Assembly: GCA_963661055.1 (NCBI GenBank)
Contig: CAVLAC010000002.1
Coordinates: 1-38,191, forward strand
Length of the DNA stretch: 38,191 nucleotides
Origin: a bacterium
GTDB taxonomy: Bacteria > Verrucomicrobiota > Kiritimatiellia > RFP12 > UBA1067
Direction of reading: 5' to 3'
Program-made: the position numbers and the translations under genes
Notes under the pieces: generated by a model
Told to the model about the DNA's origin: nothing
The model's database searches: none
What the model saw: only the letters and a program-made list of their open reading frames with translations
Shown: positions 24,260 through 34,219 of the stretch, piece by piece
Numbering within the stretch: position 1 is the stretch's first letter
Layout: every line of letters begins with the position of its first letter

Positions 24260-25057
24260 ATGAGAACGAACAAGACGGCGGTAATAACTGCGTTGGCTCT
24301 CGCCATCGTCGGTAGCGTCGTTCTCGCCGTCTTTCGTGAAGCTTCCATTGAAGGGGTCTATCCCGTTGAGCGGGCGAAGTGTTTATTCACGCGGCACATT
24401 TGGGCGCGGATGAAGGGTGCGTTCAATGGGGCGGTGTATGCACGCGAGAATGCCCAGCTCAAGCGCGAAATTGCCGCGCTCTCAATGACGCTTGGGGATA
24501 ATGACCGACTTGAGACCGAAAATGCCCATTTGCGCGAAGTGCTCGGCTACGCGAAGCGCGAGCCTGGCAAGTGGATTGCCGCGCCCATACTCTCGGAAGG
24601 CGGTGCGGCGGCGGGTGCGCGCAAGACCATCCGTGTCGGCAAGGGTTCTCTCGCGGGAGTCGCGAAAGACCAAATCGTCCGTGTGCCCGAGGGACTTGTC
24701 GGGCGGGTTGAATCGGTTACGCCGCATACAGCGCAGATTGTATTGATTACCGACCCCTTCTTGAAGGTCTCGTGTATAGTAGAGGGGGCGGCGAGTCGTG
24801 TTTTAGGGATTTTGTCAGGTGGTACGGAAGAGATGCTCGTCTTGTCGCATATGACGGCGGGCGCGTCAATTCCGCCGCGTGCACGCGTCTTAACATCGGG
24901 GCTCGGTGGGGTCTTCCCAGCGGGCATTACGGTTGGCACATTTCTCTCAGATAAGTATAGCTCGGACGAAGTTATGCCGAGTATGCGGACGGGTGAAGTG
25001 CAACCAGCCGTTGACTTCGCGGCTTTAGAGGATGTCTTCATTCGTCATGAAAACTGA
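24260..25057 (+). CDS. mreC: Rod shape-determining protein MreC
   Basis: N-terminal TM segment. Coiled-coil motif LETENAHLREVL. Position between mreB and mreD. Confidence 0.8.
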   Translation: MRTNKTAVITALALAIVGSVVLAVFREASIEGVYPVERAKCLFTRHIWARMKGAFNGAVYARENAQLKREIAALSMTLGDNDRLETENAHLREVLGYAKREPGKWIAAPILSEGGAAAGARKTIRVGKGSLAGVAKDQIVRVPEGLVGRVESVTPHTAQIVLITDPFLKVSCIVEGAASRVLGILSGGTEEMLVLSHMTAGASIPPRARVLTSGLGGVFPAGITVGTFLSDKYSSDEVMPSMRTGEVQPAVDFAALEDVFIRHEN

Positions 25058-25502
25058 GTTCACAGCTTTGGCGTTTGCGATAGTCGTCCTCATCCTCGGG
25101 GGCGCGGCGGAAGAGTTGTCGCCGAATTTCCTGAGCGTGGGGCTTCCGTTCCTCTTTTCAATCGTCATTTGGTTCGCGATGCGCACGACTTATCTCGCGA
25201 CTTTCGTTTTTGCCCTCGCGGCGGGTACGATGGAAGATGCGCTTGCGGGGCTTCCGTTTGTGATGAGCACGAGCTACTTCGTTCTTTCCGCCGCGATTAT
25301 GCGAATCTTTCGGTTGCCTGTCGTCATTGCGCCGCTCCTTTATCTCGGCTACCAATTTTGGTTGTGGCTTTGGGTCGCCGATTTGAATGGCAGCCTCTTT
25401 TCGCGCTCCCTCGTGGCATTGCCTGTCGGGGCGGTTGTCGCATTTGTTGTTTCGGAATTGCTCGATTACATTGTGCACGAAGGAGGGCTCTATGAGAAGT
25501 GA
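25032..25502 (+). CDS. mreD: Rod shape-determining protein MreD (small polytopic membrane protein)
   Basis: About 5 hydrophobic helices, in the conserved position. Start ambiguous between 25032 and 25047. Confidence 0.65.
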   Translation: MSSFVMKTEFTALAFAIVVLILGGAAEELSPNFLSVGLPFLFSIVIWFAMRTTYLATFVFALAAGTMEDALAGLPFVMSTSYFVLSAAIMRIFRLPVVIAPLLYLGYQFWLWLWVADLNGSLFSRSLVALPVGAVVAFVVSELLDYIVHEGGLYEK

Positions 25503-27282
25503 GACCTTTTCTTCGCGCCTCGTTTGCGCTGTGGCAGGCGGATTTATAGTCTTGGGCTTCCTCGTCCTCGCCGTGAAGTTGAAAGTGGTGCAACTCGAGC
25601 AGGCGGCTCTTTATAAGGATAAGCAAGAAGCGCAATCGGTCCGTACCGTTCTCACGGCGGGGTGCCGCGGACGCATCCTCGACTGCCAAGGGCGGGTGCT
25701 CGCGGATAATGTTGGCTTAAGGCAGATTGTGGTGCGCCCTGAGGTGTTCCAAAAGAAGTCGACGGGCAATACCATCTCGAATATTGTTGCCGCCGTCGCG
25801 CGGGCGGAAGTTGTTCTCGGACGCCCTGCCGATATTACGCCGCGTGCCATTGCGCGTCATGTTAAGCAGGTTTTGGCGCTACCCTTTGTCGCGTGGAACT
25901 CGGTTACGGACGAGGAATTGGCGCGATTCTATGAGCACGAGCGCGAGTTGCCTGGCTTCGCGTGTGAAGTGGAAGTCTCGCGCTACTATCCGTACGGGAG
26001 TTCCGCCGCGCACTTAATTGGACGCGTCGGACGGGATAGTATCCGTGCTGTCACGGGCGAGAAGCGCGTCAATTTCGATGACCGAGAAATGCGCGGACGC
26101 GAAGGCATTGAGCGGTTTTATGATGGCTTCTTGCGGGGACGGCCTGGCACGGAAAATGTGCTTGTCGACGCGCGTGGCTTCGCAATTAAGGAATGGGTTG
26201 TCGTTGAGCCGAAGAAGGGCCCCGATTTGCAACTCACTTTGGACGCAGACATTCAGGTGGCAGTCGAGGAAGCACTGAAGGGACGCGTTGGGGCGTGCGT
26301 CGTCTTGGATGCTGAGACGGGCGATGTGCTCGCGGCGGCGAGTGCCCCCACTTATAATCTTAATGACTGTGTGCCCGTCTTTACCTCCGAATACTACGAG
26401 GTACTCAAGAATGATAAGTCGAAGCCACTTTTGAACCGTGCGCTGGTTGGGCAATATCCGCCTGGTTCTACCTTCAAGCCCATTTGTGCCTTGGCGGGAC
26501 TCGAGACGGATTGGACTCCCGATAATGTCTACGAATGTACGGGAGCGTATGTGCTCGGCAAGATGCACATTCGCTGTACGGCACGCTGGGGGCACGGCTA
26601 TCTCGATATTCGGGACGCGCTTAAGAAGAGTTGCAATCCGTTCTTCTGCAATTTGGGACTTCAGACAGGCACAAATGCGCTTTGTTCTGCCGCGCGGGCT
26701 TTTGGGCTTGGCTCGGGCACAGGAATCGACTTCCCATCCGAAGCGGCAGGGGTCGTGCCTGACGCGAATTGGAAACGGACTCATTACAATGAGGCATGGT
26801 TTATGGGCGACCTCGCCCAGATGTCCATTGGACAGGGAATGCTCCTCGTCTCGCCTTTGCAAATGGCGCGGGTAGCGGGGGCTCTCGGGACGGGCTATCT
26901 CGTGACGCCCCACATCAAGGCGAACTCCGTCGTGGAAGCGCGGCGTTTGCCGTTCAAAGAAGAGAATCTACAGGTTGTCCGTGAAGGCATGCGCCGCGTG
27001 GTGGATGGCGGCACAGGTCGGCGCGGCGGTGAGGGCGTGGAAGCCTATGTCATTGGCAAGACGGGCACGGCGGAAGTGGGCTCCGTGACGAATCGCCGCA
27101 AGCATACCTGGTTTATTGCCTATGCCGAGGCGAATGAGCTGACCTCGAAGCTAACAGCACTCTCGCGCCGCGTCGCCATTGCGATGGTCATTGAGCGCGG
27201 CGAATCGGGTGGCGGCACAACGGCTCCGCTAGTGGCGCGGGTTCTTAAGCACATCTACAACGCGAAGGAGGCTTCACTATGA
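25492..27282 (+). CDS. mrdA: Penicillin-binding protein 2 (elongasome transpeptidase)
   Basis: SxxK (GSTFKP), SxN (KKSCNP) and KTG (GKTGTAE) motifs. Start set to ATG 25492 (AGGAGGG SD) rather than 25387. Confidence 0.9.
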   Translation: MRSETFSSRLVCAVAGGFIVLGFLVLAVKLKVVQLEQAALYKDKQEAQSVRTVLTAGCRGRILDCQGRVLADNVGLRQIVVRPEVFQKKSTGNTISNIVAAVARAEVVLGRPADITPRAIARHVKQVLALPFVAWNSVTDEELARFYEHERELPGFACEVEVSRYYPYGSSAAHLIGRVGRDSIRAVTGEKRVNFDDREMRGREGIERFYDGFLRGRPGTENVLVDARGFAIKEWVVVEPKKGPDLQLTLDADIQVAVEEALKGRVGACVVLDAETGDVLAAASAPTYNLNDCVPVFTSEYYEVLKNDKSKPLLNRALVGQYPPGSTFKPICALAGLETDWTPDNVYECTGAYVLGKMHIRCTARWGHGYLDIRDALKKSCNPFFCNLGLQTGTNALCSAARAFGLGSGTGIDFPSEAAGVVPDANWKRTHYNEAWFMGDLAQMSIGQGMLLVSPLQMARVAGALGTGYLVTPHIKANSVVEARRLPFKEENLQVVREGMRRVVDGGTGRRGGEGVEAYVIGKTGTAEVGSVTNRRKHTWFIAYAEANELTSKLTALSRRVAIAMVIERGESGGGTTAPLVARVLKHIYNAKEASL

Positions 27283-28445
27283 AACTTCGCGTCCGTGACT
27301 TTAGCTTTACTTCGTTCATTACGATGCTGGTGCTTGTTGGACTCGGGGTGACGGCGATTGCCTCGGCGGGCGGTGCACGCGGCGGGGCATTCGCGAATAT
27401 GTGGCAGGCGACACTCGCGACGGCGGCGTTTGGGCTCGTCCTTTACTTCGTTTTGGCGTTTATTGATTACCGCATTATTGCTGATTTGCTGTCCGTCCCG
27501 CTCTACATTTTTGCACTGGTGACACTCATCGCCGTCCTCGTCTTTGGCTCGACTATTTATGGCGGACGCCGCTGGCTCTGGTTCTTCCAGCCGAGCGAAA
27601 TCTCTAAGCTTTGCATTATCCTTTTTATTGCGCAATTCTTCGGACGACTCGGCGAGCGCTTTAAGGGACAATATGGCTTTCGTGGCTTTCTTGTGGCGGG
27701 TGTCCTCGCGGGGCTTCCGTGTCTACTCATCTTGATGGAACCTGACTTAGGGACGGCGCTCACGCTTGTGCCTGCGTTGACGGTGATGTTGTTGACGGCG
27801 GGAGTTTGGCGAAAGGGCATTTTGCTTATGCTGGTTGTGGGCGGACTCTTTGCCGCGCTCATCCTCGGGGCTGTCTATGAAGCCGAAAAGCCAGGCGTGC
27901 CCGAACAGCGAAGCGAGGCGATTTTGCGCTATGTGCCACTGAAGGCGCATCAAGTGTCGCGGGTTAAGACCTTCCTTTTCCCAGGGGAAGATCCGCGTGG
28001 CGCGGGCTACAACTTGGCTCAGGCGAAGATTTCGATTGGTACAGGCGGCTTTCTGGGCAAGGGCATTGGTAAGGGAGAGAATAACCGCCTCAAGAATCTG
28101 CCGCCCTCCGTCTCGATGAATGACTTCATCTTCTGTGTCTGGGCGGAAGAGACGGGCTTCTTGGGCTCGCTCACGCTTCTGACGCTCTTTATGATTCTTT
28201 GCCTCTCGGGCGTGGTCATCGCTTATCGTGCGGTGGACTTACGCGGACGGCTTATCGCCATTGGCATTTCTACTCTTATATTCGTTCATGTCTACATCAA
28301 TGTGGGCATGGCAATAGGGCTTGTGCCTATCACGGGCTTGCCCTTACCATTCATTTCATCAGGGCGCACATTTTTGGTGACGGTAATGTGCGGACTTGGC
28401 ATCGTTCAAAGTATATCGTTACACAACAATGAGGAGTTGGTATGA
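27279..28445 (+). CDS. rodA: SEDS-family peptidoglycan glycosyltransferase RodA
   Basis: FtsW/RodA/SpoVE-type motifs GGRRWLWFFQPSEISKL and PLPFISSGRT. Follows mrdA with an ATGA overlap. Confidence 0.88.
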   Translation: MKLRVRDFSFTSFITMLVLVGLGVTAIASAGGARGGAFANMWQATLATAAFGLVLYFVLAFIDYRIIADLLSVPLYIFALVTLIAVLVFGSTIYGGRRWLWFFQPSEISKLCIILFIAQFFGRLGERFKGQYGFRGFLVAGVLAGLPCLLILMEPDLGTALTLVPALTVMLLTAGVWRKGILLMLVVGGLFAALILGAVYEAEKPGVPEQRSEAILRYVPLKAHQVSRVKTFLFPGEDPRGAGYNLAQAKISIGTGGFLGKGIGKGENNRLKNLPPSVSMNDFIFCVWAEETGFLGSLTLLTLFMILCLSGVVIAYRAVDLRGRLIAIGISTLIFVHVYINVGMAIGLVPITGLPLPFISSGRTFLVTVMCGLGIVQSISLHNNEELV

Positions 28446-30034
28446 ACCTATTTGGTTGGTTGAAGCGTTCTAAAATGAAACGCGAGATCATAATAAATGT
28501 CGAAAAGCTTGAAACCCGTGTGGCTGTTCTTGAGAACGGCAGGCTCGAGGAGTTTATGGTCGAGCATCCCGAGGAAGAACGCCTTGTCGGCAGTGTCTTT
28601 AAAGGACGCATCCAGAATCTCGAGAATGACCTTCAGGCGGCGTTCGTCGATATTGGCTTGAAGAAGAATGCCTTCCTTCACTATTGGGATATTATGCCCG
28701 ATGAGGATGCTTTGCTGGATGAAGATGATTCGCCGCGCTCGAAGGGTCGCCGCGCTTCGCGTCTCTCGGATGCTGAAATTGCTAAGCGCTTTCCTCCAGG
28801 GAGCGAGATTGTCGTGCAGGTCACGAAGGGTCCCATCTCCACGAAGGGTCCGCGTGTCGTCGCGAACCTCTCCATCCCAGGACGCTATTTGGTGATGATG
28901 CCAGGCGCGAAGGATAATCGCGGCGTTTCGCTGCGCGGCGTTTCGAAGAAGATTGGGGACGCGAAGGAGCGCGTCCGCCTAAAACAGATTCTCGACCGCC
29001 TGCCGCTCCCTGAGAATGTGGGGGTCGTCGTGCGTACCGCTGGTATGGGCGCAACGGCACGCGCTTTCGCACGCGATTTGCGCAATCTTGTCTCCATCTG
29101 GAATGAGATGCAGGGGAATATCCGTAATCTGCGCACGCCCTGCTGTATCTTCCAAGAGCCCGACCTTTGCGAGCGCGTGGTGCGTGATTGGTTGACGGAA
29201 GATGTGGACGCGATTATCATTGATGACGAGAAGAGCTTTGACAATATGCGCGAGATTACTTCCCGCATTTCCCGCCGCGCCAAAGCAAAGATTCGCCGTT
29301 ATGATGGTGACGCAAATATCTTCGACCATTACGGGCTCGACCGCCAGCTGAGCGAGGCGTTTGCTCGCAAAGTGCCGCTGAAGTCGGGTGGCTACCTCGT
29401 GATTGACGAAACCGAGGCTCTTATTGCTGTCGATGTGAATACGGGGCACTACAAGGGCAACGGCTCGCAGGAGGACGCGATTCTCGAGGTGAACTTGCAG
29501 GCAGTGGACGAAGTAGCGCGGCAGTTGCGGTTGCGCAATATCGGTGGCCTGGTCGTTCTCGACCTTATCGACATGAAGAGCCGTAAGCACCAGAAGCAGG
29601 TGTGCCGCGCTCTGAAGGAAGCGCTTCGCCGCGATCGGGCACGCACAAATGTCCTTGATATTAGCGAACTCGGACTCCTCGAAATGTCGCGTCAGCGCCA
29701 AGACCAGTCCATTCTCTCTCAGTTGACCTCGACTTGCCCCTACTGCCAAGGGCGCGGCATTGTGAAGAGTCCGCTCGCTGTCTCCATCGAGATTCAGCGC
29801 CGCCTTATTACGCTCCTTAAGAAGGCGGCTTCGATGAATAAGCCATTTGAGCCTAAGATTGTCATTGCCCCGCAGGTCATGCAACGCTTGCGCACTGAAG
29901 ACGCGGCGATTCTCGCGGGCATTCAGAAGGAGTTTAATACCCGCTTAACTTTTGTCTCGGAGTTACACCGCCATCCCGAGGCGTTCTCAATCCTTGACGC
30001 GGCCACCTCGCAAGTCCTGTATTCACAAATATGA
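28442..30034 (+). CDS. rng: Rne/Rng-family ribonuclease (RNase G-like)
   Basis: S1 domain VGSVFKGRIQNLENDLQAAFVDIG. Catalytic-core motif AVDVNTGHY. CPYCQGRG zinc link. Confidence 0.85.
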   Translation: MNLFGWLKRSKMKREIIINVEKLETRVAVLENGRLEEFMVEHPEEERLVGSVFKGRIQNLENDLQAAFVDIGLKKNAFLHYWDIMPDEDALLDEDDSPRSKGRRASRLSDAEIAKRFPPGSEIVVQVTKGPISTKGPRVVANLSIPGRYLVMMPGAKDNRGVSLRGVSKKIGDAKERVRLKQILDRLPLPENVGVVVRTAGMGATARAFARDLRNLVSIWNEMQGNIRNLRTPCCIFQEPDLCERVVRDWLTEDVDAIIIDDEKSFDNMREITSRISRRAKAKIRRYDGDANIFDHYGLDRQLSEAFARKVPLKSGGYLVIDETEALIAVDVNTGHYKGNGSQEDAILEVNLQAVDEVARQLRLRNIGGLVVLDLIDMKSRKHQKQVCRALKEALRRDRARTNVLDISELGLLEMSRQRQDQSILSQLTSTCPYCQGRGIVKSPLAVSIEIQRRLITLLKKAASMNKPFEPKIVIAPQVMQRLRTEDAAILAGIQKEFNTRLTFVSELHRHPEAFSILDAATSQVLYSQI

Positions 30035-32262
30035 AACAAAAAGCTCTTCTATTTGTCGCGCTCCTTGCGCCAATCCTTGGCGCTTATGCGGTTGATACGC
30101 CCGCGCCACTCGTGTGGACGGACGAGTCCAAATCGCGTATGGCGGTGAGTGCCGATAGGCTCGCCGCCGACCGTGAGACGGGTGCCTTTACGGCGACGGG
30201 GAATGTCCGCGTCGTTTCGTGGCCGTTCGAACTGATTTCGGATTCCGTGACGCGGGATGAGAATGGAGAACTTAAGTTCACCGCCCCCTCTAGCGTGACA
30301 ACTTGTACGAATGAGTGGGAACACCTACATTGGCGGGTTTATGGCGAGTTTAAGTATGCGACGGACGACTATGTGCTCCTTCGCAATGTAAAGCTTCGCC
30401 TCTTTGACATCCCCGTCTTTTGGATGCCCATTTGGTACTATCCGCTCAATACGGACTACGGATGGCGCGTAATGCCAGGCTACACCTCGCGCTGGGGCGT
30501 GTATGTGATGACGAAGTATGTCTACAAGATTGCGGGCAGCTTCGAGGAAGGCGCGTGGGGCCTTGGCGCAAATACGCGCGTTGACCTAAGAAAGATGAAC
30601 GGACTCGCCTTAGGGCAGACCTTCAACTGGCAACTTGGCTCCTTTGGGCGCGGCAAATTCAAGGTTTACTATGCGTGGGACGAAGACTACGACCGCTATA
30701 CGCGGCACTGGACGGACGCGAATCGCTGGAATTACCAAAACTGGGGTAGTACCATCGATCGCGACCGCTATGCGCTAACCTTCGAACATCGTTGGGAGCC
30801 CACCGAGCGGGATGTCTTGCGGGTTGATGCGGCGTATTTGAGCGACTCGTATATTCAGCAGGACTTCCTTAGACCAAGGCTCTTCGGCATTAAGAATGAT
30901 TTGACCCTGTGGAACTCGAGCGAAATTGCGTGGGAGCACATCGAGATGTTGATGAGCTTCGGACTCAACATCTCGGGTCCGTTGAACGACTTCTATTCGG
31001 GCGTCTCGCGTTTGCCTGAGGCATACTTTGATATGAACCCAACTTCCATCTTCGGGTTGCCCCTCATTTATGATTCCTCGACGCGCCTTGGTTGGCTCGA
31101 CCGTCAAGCGGCGAAGTATGGTTCAGCGAATACCGCCTTGCCGTATCGTTATAATCCTGGCCCGTGGGCGGACTATCAAGCCTTTCGTCTCGACACTTAC
31201 CATCGTGTCTCGTGGCCATTTAAGGTGGCAGACCTCCTCTCTATCGTTCCGCGCGTCGGTTATCGCGGCACTTTCTGGAATGCGGCAGGTCAAACTTGGG
31301 ACTCGAAATTGCGCACGACATGTAATGACGACAATGTCTATCGTTCCATTATTGAGGGAGGCGTGACGCTCTCAATGCGTGGGCGCGCCGACTTTGGTGA
31401 CTGGTCGCATGTTGTAGAGCCGTACCTCGATGTGCTCGTGCAGGATGCCTCCTACTCGGGGCTCTCCACGGCTTCGCGTCCGCTCCAATTTGACGCGATT
31501 GACGGGAGCTTCGATTGGCTCGACCAATTTGGTTCGCGCAGCCGCAACCTGCCGTATTCGTGGTATGGCGCGACGCTCGGACTGCGCAATACCTTCTATA
31601 AGAAGGATGAGAATGGCGACCGCCGCCCTGTCCTTGACTTTGATCTCTATACGCGCATGCAGTTTAATGATACGCAGTGGACGGCGGAGAATGCCTACCA
31701 TCGCCTCTCGTTGAATTCTGAAGACCCCAATTATGGCGGGAGCGGCGACACGGTCTTTGTGCCAGGCTTCCGTACGCGCTGGATGCCGTCCAAGATAACC
31801 CAGTTTAGTGCGTGCGCCGAATGGAATGGCGAGGACGATACGCTCGCTTATGCCTCACTCTCGTGGAAACAACGCGTAAATGAGAAGATTAGTTTTGACC
31901 TTACCTATACGCGCCGCGATAATCGTTGGTGGGACTATGCCTCCTCTTATACGCGCGGCACTTATATGGACTATTTTAACTGGACGAAGCTCTCGTATAT
32001 CCAGTTCTCCATCGACCACGATGTCTGCGACTTCTTCGCGTGGGGTCCCTACATCTCTTACGACTGTGAGATGTCGGATATCGATGAAATCGGCGGATGG
32101 TTTGATTTGCGGACGGACTGCCTAGGCTTCCGTTTCTACGCGAGCCACCAAAACTCCTATCGCCGCGTGGACGGTTCCAAGTACCTTGCCGACAACCGCT
32201 TCGGTTTCTTCATCTACCTGCGGGCACTCGGACCCGATGCGGCAACACCGCTCGGAGAATAA
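30031..32262 (+). CDS. lptD: LPS-assembly outer-membrane protein LptD-like
   Basis: Signal peptide present. OstA-like N-terminus (ADRETGAFTATGNVRV). Motif FDIPVFWMPIWYYPL...GWRVMPGYTSRWGV. Aromatic-rich beta-barrel composition. Lies next to lpxK. Confidence 0.7.
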   Translation: MKQKALLFVALLAPILGAYAVDTPAPLVWTDESKSRMAVSADRLAADRETGAFTATGNVRVVSWPFELISDSVTRDENGELKFTAPSSVTTCTNEWEHLHWRVYGEFKYATDDYVLLRNVKLRLFDIPVFWMPIWYYPLNTDYGWRVMPGYTSRWGVYVMTKYVYKIAGSFEEGAWGLGANTRVDLRKMNGLALGQTFNWQLGSFGRGKFKVYYAWDEDYDRYTRHWTDANRWNYQNWGSTIDRDRYALTFEHRWEPTERDVLRVDAAYLSDSYIQQDFLRPRLFGIKNDLTLWNSSEIAWEHIEMLMSFGLNISGPLNDFYSGVSRLPEAYFDMNPTSIFGLPLIYDSSTRLGWLDRQAAKYGSANTALPYRYNPGPWADYQAFRLDTYHRVSWPFKVADLLSIVPRVGYRGTFWNAAGQTWDSKLRTTCNDDNVYRSIIEGGVTLSMRGRADFGDWSHVVEPYLDVLVQDASYSGLSTASRPLQFDAIDGSFDWLDQFGSRSRNLPYSWYGATLGLRNTFYKKDENGDRRPVLDFDLYTRMQFNDTQWTAENAYHRLSLNSEDPNYGGSGDTVFVPGFRTRWMPSKITQFSACAEWNGEDDTLAYASLSWKQRVNEKISFDLTYTRRDNRWWDYASSYTRGTYMDYFNWTKLSYIQFSIDHDVCDFFAWGPYISYDCEMSDIDEIGGWFDLRTDCLGFRFYASHQNSYRRVDGSKYLADNRFGFFIYLRALGPDAATPLGE

Positions 32263-32271
32263 TCGTCACCT

Positions 32272-33456
32272 ATGCGTAAAGCCCGCCAGTCCGCAGTCGA
32301 AAGACTTGAGAAATACCTCGTGAAGGTCATCCAAGAGAAGGGTGCCGATCGCGATGTGTCGGACGGTATGCGCGCTCTTTTGCGCGTCTTGAAAGTACTG
32401 AGCTATGGCTTTGCCGCTGTCGTAGCCATCCGTTACTTCTTTTATCGCATAGGGCTTCTGCGGCGCTTCCCCTTGGGCATTCAAGTCATTTCCATTGGCA
32501 ATGTAACGGCGGGCGGCACAGGCAAAACGCCTGTGACGGAACTCTTTGCCCGCACCCTCGCGGCGGAAGGACGGCATGTCGCCATTCTTTCTCGCGGTTA
32601 TCGTCGCAAGGAGCGTCCCTTCTGGCAGCGCATTTGGGCACAGTCCGTTACGCCGCCTCTCGTGGTTTCGGATGGACGCCGCGTTTTGTTGGACGCGGCG
32701 ACGGGCGGTGACGAACCGTATATGCTCGCTTCTAACTTGCCGGGTGTCGCCGTTGTGGTTGACCGTGACCGCGTGAAAGCGGGACGCTGGGCGGTGAAGC
32801 GTCTCGGATGTGATACGCTTATTCTAGACGACGGTTTCCAGTACCAGCGCTTGAAACATTCTATCGAGGTGGTGCTCGTGGACGCGACGAATCCCTTTGG
32901 CAATGGGCATATGCTCCCACGCGGCATTTTGCGCGAACCCGTGCGGCATTTGAAACGGGCGGACATTATCTTTTTGACGAAGTGCCCCGACGATACGACG
33001 GAAGTGACGCGGGAGATTCGCGAGTATAATAAGACCGCTGAGATTGTGGAGTGCCGCCATTCCCCAAAACTTTTGCGCGATGTGTGGAGTCGCGAGGAGT
33101 TTCCGCTTGAGTGGCTGAAGGGCAAGACGCTCTGCACGCTCTCGGGCATTGCTTCGCCGCGCGGCTTTGAGGACTCCCTTCGGCACATGGGCGCGAAGGT
33201 GGTTTGGTGCGAACGCTATGCTGACCACCACCGCTACGACCCGAGCGAGATTCTCTATGCCCTCAATCGCACCGCCGATATCGGCGCGCAGGCACTCGTG
33301 ACGACTGAGAAGGACGCTGTGCGCTTCCCGCGCTTTGAGACGACCCCCGTCAAATGCCTCTACTTGCGCATTGCAATTGACATCCTCCAAGGGCGCGACT
33401 ATTTCACCCGTATTATTAACCGCATATGTTATTACGATTATGGCAGTAAGCATTGA
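32272..33456 (+). CDS. lpxK: Tetraacyldisaccharide 4'-kinase
   Basis: P-loop ISIGNVTAGGTGKTP and ILDDGFQ motif. Confidence 0.9.
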   Translation: MRKARQSAVERLEKYLVKVIQEKGADRDVSDGMRALLRVLKVLSYGFAAVVAIRYFFYRIGLLRRFPLGIQVISIGNVTAGGTGKTPVTELFARTLAAEGRHVAILSRGYRRKERPFWQRIWAQSVTPPLVVSDGRRVLLDAATGGDEPYMLASNLPGVAVVVDRDRVKAGRWAVKRLGCDTLILDDGFQYQRLKHSIEVVLVDATNPFGNGHMLPRGILREPVRHLKRADIIFLTKCPDDTTEVTREIREYNKTAEIVECRHSPKLLRDVWSREEFPLEWLKGKTLCTLSGIASPRGFEDSLRHMGAKVVWCERYADHHRYDPSEILYALNRTADIGAQALVTTEKDAVRFPRFETTPVKCLYLRIAIDILQGRDYFTRIINRICYYDYGSKH

Positions 33457-34093
33457 ATACGAAAAGAAGATAGGCGGAACTCTCATCGGCATTGACGAAG
33501 CGGGGCGCGGCCCTCTCGTCGGCGGCGTATATGCCGCCGCTGTAACAGTTCCTTTCGAGTCCCTGCAGACCTTGCTGGAAGACGACTGGCACGAAGTGGA
33601 TGACTCTAAGAAGATGCCCGAGAAGAAGCGCGACCAACTTATGCAGCTCATTAAGGTGACGCCCGGCTGTCGTTGGGCGGTCGCGAGTGCTACGGCGAAA
33701 GAAATTGACGAGATTAACATCCTTGAGGCGACCCACCTCGCGATGCGCCGCGCGACGGAAGACTTGATTGCTCAGATGGGAGAGGGCGCGAAGGGTGCGC
33801 ACATTCTCGTGGACGGCTTGCCAGTGGAAGGTTTGCCGCTCCCCTCGACGAGCATTATTAAGGGCGACGGACTTTCCCTTCTTGTCGCGGCGGCTTCCAT
33901 TCTCGCTAAGGCGGCACGTGATGAAGATTGTCGGCGGCTCGATAAGCTCTATCCCGGCTATGGCTTCGCGAAGCATAAGGGCTATCCGACCGTGGCGCAC
34001 TTGAAGGCGCTTTCCATCTTGGGTCCGTGCCCCGAGCATCGTATGACTTTTGCGCCCGTCATTAAGGCGAAATCGACGGCATTTCGCTTCTAA
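33440..34093 (+). CDS. rnhB: Ribonuclease HII
   Basis: Motifs IGIDEAGRGPLVGGV, DSKK and GYPT. Start set to ATG 33440 (17-nt overlap with lpxK) rather than 33335. Confidence 0.88.
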   Translation: MAVSIEYEKKIGGTLIGIDEAGRGPLVGGVYAAAVTVPFESLQTLLEDDWHEVDDSKKMPEKKRDQLMQLIKVTPGCRWAVASATAKEIDEINILEATHLAMRRATEDLIAQMGEGAKGAHILVDGLPVEGLPLPSTSIIKGDGLSLLVAAASILAKAARDEDCRRLDKLYPGYGFAKHKGYPTVAHLKALSILGPCPEHRMTFAPVIKAKSTAFRF

Positions 34094-34160
34094 TTTCACC
34101 TCATAGGTTTCGCCTATGGCAGGAAGCGTTGACTTCCGAATGGCGGCGCGGCGCAAAATA

Positions 34161-34169
34161 TGGTACAAT
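34161..34169 (+). promoter_or_regulatory. Extended -10 element TGGTACAAT upstream of the sulfhydrylase gene.
   Basis: TGnTACAAT located 51 nt upstream of ATG 34220. AAGGAG SD at 34205-34210. Confidence 0.45.
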
Positions 34170-34219
34170 ATTATGCGTTGACCCCGTTGGGGGGTCTCTA
34201 CTAGAAGGAGTCGAAGAAC

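Noticed and set aside
20213-33720. Other long minus-strand ORFs: 20213..21040, 22233..23060, 26014..26913, 28979..29884, 32824..33720 and 33416..34168.
   Set aside because: Each is antisense to a + gene with catalytic motifs (AP family, methyltransferase, PBP2, RNase G, LpxK, RNase HII).
34094-34219. Possible SAM/Met riboswitch or T-box upstream of the metY-like gene.
   Set aside because: The leader downstream of the -10 box is only about 50 nt and contains a single small hairpin (GACCCC-GTTGG-GGGGTC). That is too short for known SAM riboswitch classes or a T-box.
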